The notes below the pieces were generated by a model. That model ran no database searches, had not been told where the DNA came from, and worked only from the letters and a program-made list of their open reading frames with translations. This document shows positions 27,001 through 38,200 of a stretch of 64,000 nucleotides of DNA, one piece after another (the first letter of the stretch is position 1; each line of letters begins with the position of its first letter). The DNA is from Raillietiella orientalis. Taxonomy: Eukaryota. Position numbers and translations under genes: made by a program. The DNA is taken from positions 1,860,001 to 1,924,000 of the forward strand of contig JAYWIR010000008.1 of NCBI GenBank assembly GCA_036172245.1, in the 5' to 3' direction.

Positions 27001-27830
27001 AATGCAGAAGGAACTCAGGGGACGAAGTACTTTGGGGCTAAGTGAAAGTGCGGGGGCCCAGGAGACAAACGTTTCCTTCCATCATGCTTTCGAGTTTATG
27101 GAGCGGTAGGAAATCCAAGAATGGGCTTCCAGGATCGAGGCAAGTTGTCGGTGGGAGAGGCCAAATCCCCGCTCCCTGTGTCGGCAGCCCGGCAGCAACG
27201 ATAAATCCTTCGCTGCCGACGCAACGCCGAAGGATGAAGCTCACAGGCGCACACCACAGGAAGCCCACAATTTGGCGCACGGTGAATTCGAAGCCGCGCC
27301 AATCAGTCCAATTTTTTCCAGAGTCAAGATGCCTAAGCCCAGCATTCTGACGCGGCTCCACCAAGTGTTTCAGGCTCATTTGTGATCTTGCAGAACTAGG
27401 CGGTGAGCCTCATAACGATCGAGCTTTCACTCACAGGATGTCTTGAGGGCGTTTCAGAAGAAGCCATGGGCGTACACCGGAGAGCTCTGAAGCACTTCGA
27501 AACACTCTTGCACATCGCACTCACTGAGATACCCTTGTTTTAAAGAGGGCAACGGACGGAGTCTAAAGGAATGCGGCAATGAAATATCAAGAAGCATTAC
27601 ATCCAGTTTTATTCTCTTGTTAGCACCCTTGGACTTTCTCATATAGATGGACTCGTCAATGAGGAGCCAACAGGAATAGTTCTTTTGATATCATCTGGAG
27701 AACAAACTCACCAGAGACTTCATGGAATTTACAGAACAGATCGGTCTAGAATATTGCCAATCAGTTTTCTATTACTCTAAGACGAATGCTCTCCATGAAC
27801 TCTGCAACGCTAACGTTTACTTTTCATGAT
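21070..27830 (-). pseudogene. Dcr: Dicer-like pseudogene copy E (near full length; insertions at 24700-25450 and 25925-27380)
   Basis: KRTIPV (~27680); LKQGYLSECD (~27515-27545; cf. LKNGYLSLSD); IVMRLTA (~27400; cf. ILGLTA); HELICc EEVIAVVVSTP (~24500-24535); AKEL/ADDAL (~24095-24140); HPENRL (~23050); RNase IIIa KAMLK..SHLLKYH (~22700-22755); RNase IIIb CQRL/QLIGN (~21875-21902; cf. YQRLEFLGD); dsRBD-like LGTEHSEKSA (~21180-21207). Confidence 0.65.
25925..27380 (-). mobile_element. LINE family B, 5'-truncated
   Basis: SLKHLVEPRQNAGL and FILRRCVGSEG match the 14200-14450 copy; LLFLHWDLQS..PNCSRC zinc-knuckle region; perfect cccgg-N5-ccggg hairpin at 25932-25946 after AATAAA, then tgaaaa. Confidence 0.8.
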
Positions 27831-28089
27831 CCCCTAGCATGGTAGTCAATCATCGGAGAGATGTCAACTCCATCCATCCCAATCGCCCTTTTAGCAGCTA
27901 TAAACGAAGGATCCTTTGCAGGCGCTTACTGCCACCTTTTCGTTGCATGTCTCCCCCTCAAACGTTAAGCTCTTCAACACGGTGGCAACAGGACCTACTC
28001 ATGGAGCTCACTTTTTCAGTCTGTTAATTCAGCTGCTGGCTGTTACGCTCCTTCGAAGCGTTCGAACTGCTGGGGTCCTCGTTGACAAC

Positions 28090-29270
28090 CGTCTGGTCGC
28101 GGCCTCTGCGCGTAGTCAAGCGTTGAGGGTTCGACTCCCGCCCTGGGAAAGATCGACGCCGAGGAATGGGTGCGTCGTGGGTTTCCAGTCCCCTACGCAG
28201 GATGATTCTGGTTGACCCACGGGCTTCGGGTGCGGCACTGGTTGACACCCGGTCACGACGGGGCGTGTATTTATATTTTATAAATAAACATACACATCTG
28301 GGGCAGGACGTTTGATACTGCCACGTTACTTATAACTACGAGAAGGAACCTGCCGGGATCTGGCACGCAGTCCAGAAAGAAGGGGGGGGGGGGATCGTCT
28401 CGGCAGCACAGGGAAAGGGAAGACAAACAAGAAGAAAAAAATAAAACAAAAAAAAATAAAGTCAAAAAAACTAGAGGGGTTCGGCAAGGGATCACTGTGT
28501 GCTGGAGAGTGTCCTCTGCATCCTTGTAAGGATGCTGGCAAGTTCCTGTTTCAAGACTCCCAACTAGGGCCATCTTGACGCTATCCTCATGAAGGGAACA
28601 GCAGAATAGATGGCGTCCTTTTCGACCTGGCGCTGCTCCATGTAGCCACGGTCCCTCCGTGTGGGCAGCAAAGTGCTGCTGGGTATGCGGCCGGAGTCAG
28701 GACGTCGTGCAGGAAGAGACACTTTCAAACGTCTCTGGTGTTACCGCCGGGAGGGTCTCCAAAGGGGCCGGGGTGCAGCACTGGTGAAATGCGGAAACCA
28801 GATGCCCCCTCGACTGGCCGGGATTGGAAGTTGAACCTCCGGGTCCTTCCAAGAATCAATTCGATTTCCTTCGGGTTCCCCTGTAGTCGTGAGAAATGGA
28901 GCCGTCCATCCTCAGGGGAAAACCTCCAGGAGTAAGATGCGCTCTGCTCCCTTCAGGGAAACACCCTTCAGAGAAATTCGGAAGTAACAAACAAGGAGCT
29001 GTTCCCTTGCAGGTTCCCTCCAAAGAAGAAATTCCAGGGGCAAATCCCTTCCAGCTTACTTTCGGAAAAAAAATTAGGAGAGGTCCCTTCCGGAAGCTCC
29101 CTCCAGAGAGAATGAGGAAGAAGTTCCCTTCGGGAAGTCCGTTCCTCTTACCAAGGGTAAGAGGAACGGACTCATTCCTCCGAAGTCTTCCCGGATTTAT
29201 AGGGCGCTCCCTCCGGCGTTACCCTCTAACTTGAAGAGTTACACGCATCTTCGGCTGGTGTGGACAGTGT
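28090..29270 (+). mobile_element. tRNA-derived SINE-like element, interrupted by LINE family A at 28243-28770
   Basis: B-box GGTTCGACTCC at 28128-28138; head, body, 39-bp repeats and ttgaagagttac tail match 6150-6790 and the reverse complement of 61320-61990. Confidence 0.75.
28243..28770 (-). mobile_element. LINE family A, 5'-truncated, with 15-bp TSD
   Basis: TSD gggtgcggcactggt (28228-28242) / gggtgcagcactggt (28771-28785); high similarity to 5005-5439 and 55475-56000. Confidence 0.85.
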
Positions 29271-29435
29271 TAAAGATCTCCGTGAGCTTCCCTAAGAAGG
29301 TCAACGGTTCTTCAGCACTTTGTGAGCCCCCTTTCCCTCCCCCAAAATAAGAAAACCAGAAGAAAAGAAAAAGCTGGAAGGAAAGAAGCGAAAGAGGAAG
29401 AATCCAGAAAGATGTCCATCATCCTAGAGCAATAG

Positions 29436-30016
29436 GGAGACTCTCTTGAACCTGCTGTTGGGCAGTGCTACCCTCCTACCCCCTTGAAATAGCGATGACC
29501 CCAGGATTCTTGGCGGGTGACTCCAGGGACATTTTCAGACGCCTCTTCGCGCTTGCCGCACTGCCTCCACCAGCCGCATCCCTCCCAGTCCTCTGCTGTC
29601 TTAGCGGGATCATGGCCTCCTGGGACGCCAGAGGAAGACTAAAAGGGCAGGAATGCCATCCACTGGGAGCAAATCTTCCTGAGGACCTCCTTGATATGGT
29701 TCTATCTGGGTGCTATATGAACGGAACTTGCCAACATCCTGAACAGGATGCAGAGGACGCCTGGCAGCGTACCGTGATCCCTTCCTCGGTTCTCCCCCCT
29801 CTCCTTTTTCCTTGTGTAAAAATTCCTTTCCCTTGTTTTGTGAGTTTATTTTCTTTGTTTTTTTGTTTCCCTTCCCCCTCGCTGCCGAAGAGGACCTCAC
29901 CGGTTTCGTACCGCTCTCCGGCAAGTTCATTGCACGTGGTAGAAAGAAAGGTTTTGCCACACCAATGTAATTTTATTATATTCATACAATAAATGCCCCG
30001 GCATAATCGGGTGATA
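29436..30016 (+). mobile_element. LINE family A (diverged), 5'-truncated, with ~18-bp TSD
   Basis: TSD atcatcctagagcaatag (29418-29435) / atcatcctaggtcagtag (30017-30034); ggaacttgccaacatcctgaacaggatgcagaggac matches family A; AATAAA + cccgg-cataa-tcggg + tgata end. Confidence 0.75.
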
Positions 30017-30149
30017 ATCATCCTAGGTCAGTAGTAAAGATTTCTCGGTGAGGTTGCTCCTGACCTTTTTTTTATAAAAAAAAAAAAACTGCTGAGGCTG
30101 GTCATGTCACTTTGGAAGCTGAGTAGCCGCTCGAATCTGTGTTCAGAAT

Positions 30150-33100
30150 CTTGAAAAAAGATGCAGCATTCTCAAGTTAAGCCAAAGCAAATGCTCTACA
30201 ACTTGCACTTAAAAGAAAGAGTGGATCCATCCGGGAAACAACCCTTTTCCATAGGAAGCCAGCAGAATTACTTGATGTTCTACGGGATGGCTTCCAGCGC
30301 AATGCAAACTTATGTGTCGCGCAGGCATTTTCCTCTCTCTTTCACAGTGTGAAGAGTATGATGGGATCGTTTCAGGGAAATGGGAAACCTCGGGTAGCTA
30401 ACCGGTGAGCTGAACGATCCTGAAACGCCAGGGAGTACAGAGATGCCCTCGCTAACGCGCATGCGGCTTCATTCCCAACTCTCAGCGAAATGGGAGCACA
30501 AGGAGAAGAGTTTCCGGGATGAACGGGAGCAAGCGCAGAGAGCCCCTGAATGAGCCTTGTCGTCAAAGAAATTCCATGGTGGAGGGTAAAAGGGCGGATG
30601 CAAAAAGAGCAGGGAATTCGAAAAAGGAAACAACCGACGCAGGTTTGCAGGGGGCTCTGGCGCGGCGTGCGGCAGGGACAAGGTGGGATGTCATTTCTCG
30701 ACCCCTGAGTGAAAATGGGTTGTCCGATCGCTCACCACTTCTTCTCCCTCACCTTTGACGATTCGAGTGCATTCATATGCTGATAAGAGAACGCGCGGTC
30801 ATTCAAGAGACCTGCAATAGATGAAAGATGAAGAGATGCATTTCTTGGGCAGCTGTGGAATTCCGTGGTGCACGACTCTCTGAGAAGAATAATGCACAAG
30901 AAAGGAAGAAGCGGAAAGCCGAATCAGTCCAGATCTTTCGATTTTTTCACTATCGGCTCTATATGCTCTGCAGCTAGGCGAACACGAATGTCAGCAGTTC
31001 TTGTGCTTCCACTTCTTTCGCTGGTTTTTCGCATTCAGTAGGTTGCAAAAGGACAAATCTATGTGGCTGAAGAGACAGCAAGAGCCATCATGAAAATGAC
31101 TGCTGACCACTATATAAACCCTGACACAAAGGTGTGTGCTCTGGAAAGTTGCGACGGCAAGAAGCCATGAATATGCAGCAGATCTCTTCTCATCACCAAT
31201 CTAACGGCGTGACCACCACCCAATGCAAAATAGCCATTTCCGTATCCGGAATCCAGGATCACCTGCAGTGAACTCTCCAGGAGAAAGAGCAGTGCCTGGC
31301 TATCACAAGCACCTGGTTGCAAAGACAATGAAACTAAGTGTTGTTTCATCTGGATCGCGGGATGGCATGCCTCAACGCAAGGAGCTCCACTCCCACAGGA
31401 ATGACGCTGGGGTCTCCTCGCTCTCTACCGACTCATTGGAGAGAGCACATTGAGCAAATACAGTGGCGTGGAATTGGCACCTTCCATCAGGATCAGATGC
31501 AGTTGGGATTGAACTGATGCCTCTGTTTTCCGGAAAGCAGAGATTCCTAAGTCAGAGGTTCTTCTGTACTGGAGCTTCAAAGGAAAAGACACGGAAGAGA
31601 TGTGTCAATGGTGATCCCGATGATTTGGCTGCTGCTTGTGCAAGGCAACGGGAGTAAGATGAGCTTTATTTTGCAGGGTATTTCCTTGCCCTTCGCAACC
31701 GGCATTGAAGAAAGTGTGCAAGAAACCGGAAACTTTTCCAAGATAGCAGGGAATATCTGAATAGCAACACACAAGCGACAAACCCTTCAAGTAGAAACGA
31801 AGGCTACAACGAAGCAGAATGCCAATGCAATCCGAGCAGCTGTTGAAGGAAAACGGAGAAGACACGCTTATGGACTTGTCAGTAGGTGTTTCTGAAATGC
31901 TGCTCGTATGAAAGTAGTCATCTGCTCCAGAGAGAAATGACAAGCGAAACTGCAGTGAGTTTTCATCGATTGGAATGTTTTGCTGCAATTTTGAGAGCGA
32001 TTCCGACTTGAGATGCATGAGGCGAGCTTAGAACTTCGCTCCAGCAATGCGGTTGCGATGGTCCTTCTGATGGGACGACGGACAGTGCTGGGGATGCACG
32101 GAGCAGTTTGAGACTTGCAGCCAGCCAACTCCGAAAATCATGAGCCACAGTTCCGAACGACTTCGAAATCCACGTCGGAATCCGTCAAACATCGCATCTC
32201 TGCATATCTGCGTGATTCCCGGTGGTGGATGCGGGTGCACACAGGAGAGAACAGATAGTGCGAAAGAACGCTTCCAAATGTGCAGGCTATAAACATGCGG
32301 CATCCATTCAGATCCCTCATGGTGTGAGCGTCACACCATTCCTTCAGGATGAAAATCTTGAGAACAATTTCTCACCGAGTCAAGCTTATGCATGACACTG
32401 TTGATGCTATTCCCCTAACTCGAGTTATAGTTCATAGCAGTTTAAATTACATTACGTAACTCCCCATTGTTCCCTTGAAGCGTTTTCATTGCTCTGCCCT
32501 TTATGAGCTCGGAAGACATCAATCAGAGGGCATAAAAGCACGAAGGAGCTGCTGATAACCTCAAGAACAAAAAGATGATGGCAGGCCGTGCCGGCCTCAA
32601 GGATAGTTATCCAGTGAGTGAGAAATGCCTAAATCTGCCACTCCCAAACAGCAAAGAGGTTTCTCTGGAATCGATAATGCATGCAAAAGCTCATTCCGTC
32701 GATCGATATCCGTGGATTTTAATTTCGAAAACAGAATGCAAGCGGGAAAATGTTGTGCAACAGTCATAGAAAAAGGTGTGTTCCTTGCAACGTGCAGACG
32801 CATCCATCTAATTAATTATGGATTTGGGTTAATTTCACACTCCACTAAAAACGGAAATGCCTCCCAAAAACCAAAATGATGCATTTTTGCCGCCGCAGCA
32901 CAAGTTTTTGGAATCCAACAGGGGGAAAGAATCCAAGGAAGAGGCGGGAAACCATTTTCTGCGTGTCAAACCGCTTCTGTAGATACAAATGATGAAGAAG
33001 AACCCAGCGATTTGCAGCGCAGCCGTTTCTTCGTCGGAGGAGGAACACTTCGCGAGCAGCATCTCCTCAGATGAAGTGAGGGTTCTTGGAGACTTCTTCC

Positions 33101-34800
33101 TGACTATACCGGAAAGCTGGACTTTCCTCAGGTACTCCGTTAGAAAAGTGCACCATCTTATCTGCGTCCGTTTTGGTCCATCACTTAGTGGCTGGCGACT
33201 ACAAACTTCTGGCGCCGAGCTGTCTCTTTGGTCTTCCAGGTTGCGAAGGAGAGCTCTCCATCATGTTTGTCGCGCAAGGGGGGAGTGACTTTCAGGGAGT
33301 CTTATCGATCTTTTGTAGTTGCCTGGAGGTACCAAAGACGGAAGTGGGTGCTTTCTCTGCCCGACTGCCAATCGCAACTCGTCTCCAGATCGAACCCGTG
33401 ATCGGCCCCGAGCCTCCAGTACGTAATTCTCTTAAACTTAATTCATTCTAAAACTTACTGCTTTCTTTTTCAAGATTTGCAGCATCCTCAGCATGTCTTT
33501 GTTTGCTGCATTCCCTGATCGGCTTCACTACAGGGATTTCCTCAGGGTCACTTAGAGTCGCAGTGGAAGTTCGATCCCCGTCATTCCCTCTCTTTCGCCT
33601 TCTTAGTGCCTTTTTGAGACCTGGGGAGGATGGGGACATCAGGTCAAGGCTGACGACGTGATTGTCGACGACCTTGGGGAGCCAGGTGTGTTCAGTCATC
33701 CTCAAGCCTTCATCCTAACGACGGCAAGAAAAAATAGGTGGAAGCAAGACACTAAAATGAAGGGCTTTTCACCCTTTGCCATCCTCTGTTATTCTTTCGC
33801 AGATATTCTGTCATCTGTATCATAAATCTCTTGGGAACCTTTCCTCATTCAAGCACCTGCGAATCTGTGAGGATTCCCGAAGGATGACCATTTCGCATTC
33901 CACCGACACCCCATCACCAAACATTTGGTTCATGAGTTGATAAACATCTGCATATCCATCACAAGTGCGTTCCTTCCGCATCCATCTTAAGCTCTGAAAA
34001 AGACAGAATTGGGAGGCACTTGCTCTCCTGTTTTGAAGTGCAGAAGGAAAAGAATGCTATTGGACAAACCACACTTCATTTAATCCCTGACCCTTTATTT
34101 TGTTCAGCCCCTCCGTTCGCATCATAAGCAGAGATGATTTGCATGTGTCTAGGAACCTTTGGCTCACGCAGAGCATCGTTGTTCTTAGTAGCCCGGGATC
34201 CCAATGGCCTGACAATGACCGCGGGAGATGACGTCAGGGTTCTCCCTGACAGTGGAAGGGAAATCTCCTTGCCAGCTCTCTGGAATCTTTTGCTCCCAAG
34301 AACGATGAATGATGGCATCGTCCAGCATCCAACGCAATCGAAGCATCTATTGGAAACACCGCCTAGGACACCATCCTAGCAATCAAGCACATACCTATAG
34401 GACTGAGCCTCCATAGGACGATCTTTTAGCTCCGTGCAACGACCAAGATAAAGAAGCAGTTGGATCACTGGACCAGGGGCTTGCAAAAGCATGTGGTTAG
34501 GACATCACATACTTTTGCAATAACGGTGCTAGAGTGGCACGCCATCTTAAAACTGACTGTGGATGCACTTTGAAAAATTCCTCATGAATCTGCGATAGAA
34601 TGGAAACAAAGATACAAAGTTTCGATGCTGAGGTGAACAGGTAACCGCCATGAAATCCGAAGTACCAATAAAAAGAAAATGCCTCTTCTCTACTCGAAGC
34701 TCTAACCATTCCTTGGAAGAGCTATCCTAATGAATGGGACGAAAGCTCAGATCCATACGTTGAACACTGGAGACCTAATGATCTGCCGTGGTGGTTTCAA
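30150..34800 (+). pseudogene. Dcr: Dicer-like pseudogene copy F (near full length)
   Basis: HELICc GQIYVAEETARAIMKM (~31050-31098; cf. GIIFVERRYTAVVL); DUF283 ALKKVCKK (~31702-31725); RNase IIIa DEVRVLGDFFL..FLRY (~33070-33135; cf. ERLEMLGDSFL), LAPSCLFGLPG, VGAF; RNase IIIb NEGLFTL (~33756) and LGTFGSRRASLFL (~34149-34187). Confidence 0.6.
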
Positions 34801-34941
34801 GAATCCTTGACCCTTTCCTAAATTGGAACAAGTAACAACAGGCTAAGATGAAGCCTCATCTTTCTAAAATGAGAATATTTCAGATCAAGAGCTATAGAAA
34901 TACACCCGGAATCATTTCATTTTAAATCGCGAGTCCAGAAG

Positions 34942-35132
34942 GCTGGGAATGCAGCACGTGACAACAGCAAATCTCGAATCATCCCACGTAACACCTTCAG
35001 CTGGTCATCCGCAACGACGAAGAGCTAAACAAATTGCTGTCGGGAGTCATCATAGCGCAAGGAGGTGTGGCCCCTTATATCCAGGCTGCGCATTTGCCTT
35101 AGTCTGAGAAGCGAGCTTCAGACAGCCTCTGA
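34942..35132 (+). pseudogene. H2A: Histone H2A pseudogene fragment (C-terminal half)
   Basis: AGNAARDNSKSRIIPR-(2-nt insertion at 34990-34991)[41 protein letters not shown] matches H2[55 protein letters not shown]; premature TAG at 35100-35102; N-terminal half not found. Confidence 0.93.
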
Positions 35133-35229
35133 CTTCTTTTCTCTCCCTGTCCATGCATCTTTGCCCAGATTTATTGCATGTTATTTGCCTTTAAAGATAA
35201 ATTACTTATCCGACATGCCGGACTCGTTA

Positions 35230-38200
35230 ATCACAGAGAATGCCGTTCAGAGTACGATCCTTGCTGGAAAGCTCCCCTAAACCTATTCCTGTAGCTTCCA
35301 GGAAACACAATGGGTAAATGCGAAGTTTGCCGCACGCCGAACAGGGCCAAGCCGGGAATGGAACTGACCAACAGCTTTCGCATTCCATTCAGTCGCAGCT
35401 CGGTGCCCCACTTTCGCGGATCACAGTAGCAGCAGCAGCAACAAGTTCCCGGAAGATGCTTCGCCTTGGAGCTTCCTCCCTGCACAATTTCGCAGCATAC
35501 GTTCCCTGTCCGAAATGTGGAGGCAGGACGCAGCTAAACGGAATCGTCGAAAATTCTTCTGGTCCACTCCTGATAACAAAAAGCAAAAGGAGGATAAGCC
35601 GGAATCTCATTCCCGAAGGAGTCCCATAATTTCCTGCTAAAGAATCTGTACGGATTCTCGAGTGCGCCTGTAATTGAAGCAAGGATGCGCGGCAGGAGGC
35701 AGAACAAGGAAAAAAATCCGTGGACTGAAATGGAAACCTCGAATGCATCCCAATAAAATCGAGGAAGACGGAGTTTTACGAAGCAGAAAATATGGATCCA
35801 GTTGCTTGGAAACGCCGGAACTCCACGGAGCTCACGCCGATAAGAAAACGCTCCTTCCTTCCTCTGCACACAAAAACAAGCGCCAATAAAGTCCAAAATG
35901 AAGATAGGAAACTCCAGAGGAGGAAAGTTTCCTATAAATAGGAAGGACGTTGTAGGATGAAGGAACATCGAAAAGAACAAAGAGGAAGGGACGTGTGATT
36001 TGCGAAGATAAACAGAGGACTAATGAAGATCGCACGGAACAGATCGTAATGCACCCACAATTCAGTGAATTGAAGTAACCAGAGATACAGCAGTCGTGCA
36101 GACCTCCAGAAAGAAGAGCTGGTCAGTCGGCTAGAAGATCTGCCTTTTATCTCAGGATTCTCTAAGAAAATTGAAAACTGGCCGTGGAAACAACGAAACT
36201 TGAAGATACAGGAAAGTGGTGTTAGATGAAAACTGCAAGCAAACCCATTAGCTGAAGATACTCACTTCAGGAAAGCCAATAAATGCACATCGGATGCTGA
36301 AGATCAAACAAATGGACCGTTCGGGGAATTTATGCAATAGGATAAAATAAAGCATCTAGAGGTGGTGGTGGACCAGGTCTTCCTTCCTCGCCCGGTCATG
36401 CCGGGGAGTTTCTTTCTTTGCAAACAAACACGGAAACTCAGGAGACGGATCTCCAAGGGAAACAAACGAAAACCTGCGGAGAGGAGCGACCGACACGCAA
36501 GCCGGAAAATCAGAGATTCCAGAATGAAAGGGAGAGGAGAATAAATTAAAAAAGGATAAAGGAGGAAGGGGTAGCAGTCTTTGGTAGACGCTGTTTCTTC
36601 TCTACAGCCTTCCCGAGATATGGGCACGATCCCTGGCGGCTTCTTGGTGCAAGTGGGTTCACCTCGCTGCAATCCTCACGAAGGCAGTTGCTAGGCCAGC
36701 GACTTCCCGTTTCTGCGAGAGTAACTCCAGGACGACGCGGGACGCCAAGATGGCGCACGCACGACCTTCCCCCCCCCCCCCCCAAGGTTGCGATCATCTC
36801 GCCACAAGAAAGGCCGTCGCGTGCGAAGATGCGTCTTTCGCAGTGTCCACCGGATGCGGTAGCGCTGAAGCTAGTCTTCACCATATTCCTGGTGGGCAAG
36901 CTCTTCCTCGCAACGGGAAGCGGGTTAAGCACTTCACGAGGTCACCTTGACGAATTTGGTGTCTTTGCGATTTTGCTCTTGAGCGCATGAGGGTTCTGAA
37001 GCATCCCGGTCTGTGACCGCATTTTTGCTTTTCTTTAGGAAGGACGGACGTTTCTCTATGCAGGAAATGGAACGCCACTTTTTCCCACGCGGGAGCACCG
37101 ACTCGTCATTATCATCGTCACCGTTCCCGGCGGCAAGTTCGCCTCGTGGTCCAGTGGGAACACAGGAACGCTCGGCTGTGGGGTAGCTCCACGGAACTCC
37201 ACGCGTGTGGGAAGACGAAACCCGGGGGAGCAGAGAATCCACAGAGCCGAGGAGGGCTAATCCTTGCGCGGAAAAGGGCCGCATAGGGACCTCGTAGGGA
37301 AGAGTTGACCTCGCAATATTCCCAGCACCCAGCAAGAATGCAACTTTTCCGGTTCGCGCCATTGTGACTCTCTTCAGAACTTCCAGCGCATTCCCCAGGC
37401 GGCGGCAGAAAACGCCGTTCCTGATCGAAGGGGCCTTTCTATACAGAATTTAGAAGCGTTGTCCGAATGCAATTTAGAGCGACGTGATGCAGTTTCCTTT
37501 ATTTGTTGCATGCGAATCCGTTGGAGCCGATGCATCCAGCAGACACGGCAATCTCTTGTTGTGAGCCCATAGGTGGCAAGATGCTTCGAAAATGTCCGCC
37601 ATCGTGACGTTCTTCCGGAAGAATTGCCGGTGGGGATGGGAGCGAACGAAACGAATGGCCATCTGAAGCATTGAAAAGTCAGCCGTGTGCACAAACGTAT
37701 CTGTATCCATGTCTTCATCTGTAATGTTTGCGTACCACAGGAGTACACGTACGTCTGCGCACATGCGTAGTTTTGCGGGATTGGAATTTCCTCCTTGTGA
37801 CGTGGTATTCCCGATGAAAAGGGGTACACTGTCTGAGGACGAGACGCTGCCTGAAAAGTGATCCACGCAACCACAAACACGCGCTCTACGCGCTCTCCAT
37901 GCAAGAATAGTTTGGAGTTTAGAGTGCTTTCTACGGAGGGACGATCACGTATCTCCCAAACCTGCTCCTTGATTCGTTTGTTTTAATCAGACTGGCTCAG
38001 GTGATGGGCAGCTCTCATCCCACGACACGGGATCGCAGCGGCGCTGGATCTTTTCGTTGCAATGGGGCGCAGGTCCCGCACCACTGAAGGAGCAACCGTT
38101 CCGCACACAGCAGTAGGCCGGAGAGCGAGTTCCCGCGAGTTCCTGTGGCTAAAGCCTCCCAGAATTAGGACACACGAAAAAACCTCGAAAAGGTAGGTCG

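Noticed and set aside
31760..32300. HTSDKPF / VHTGEN zinc-finger linker-like words
   Set aside because: Isolated, with no correctly spaced Cys/His pairs; the interval falls between DUF283 and RNase IIIa of copy F.
2520..34318. Shared minus-strand LxEPKVP peptide (2640 and 34160) as a viral polymerase or new gene family
   Set aside because: It is the antisense of the plus-strand GTFGS..ASxFL segments that fall at RNase III domain ends in copies A and F.
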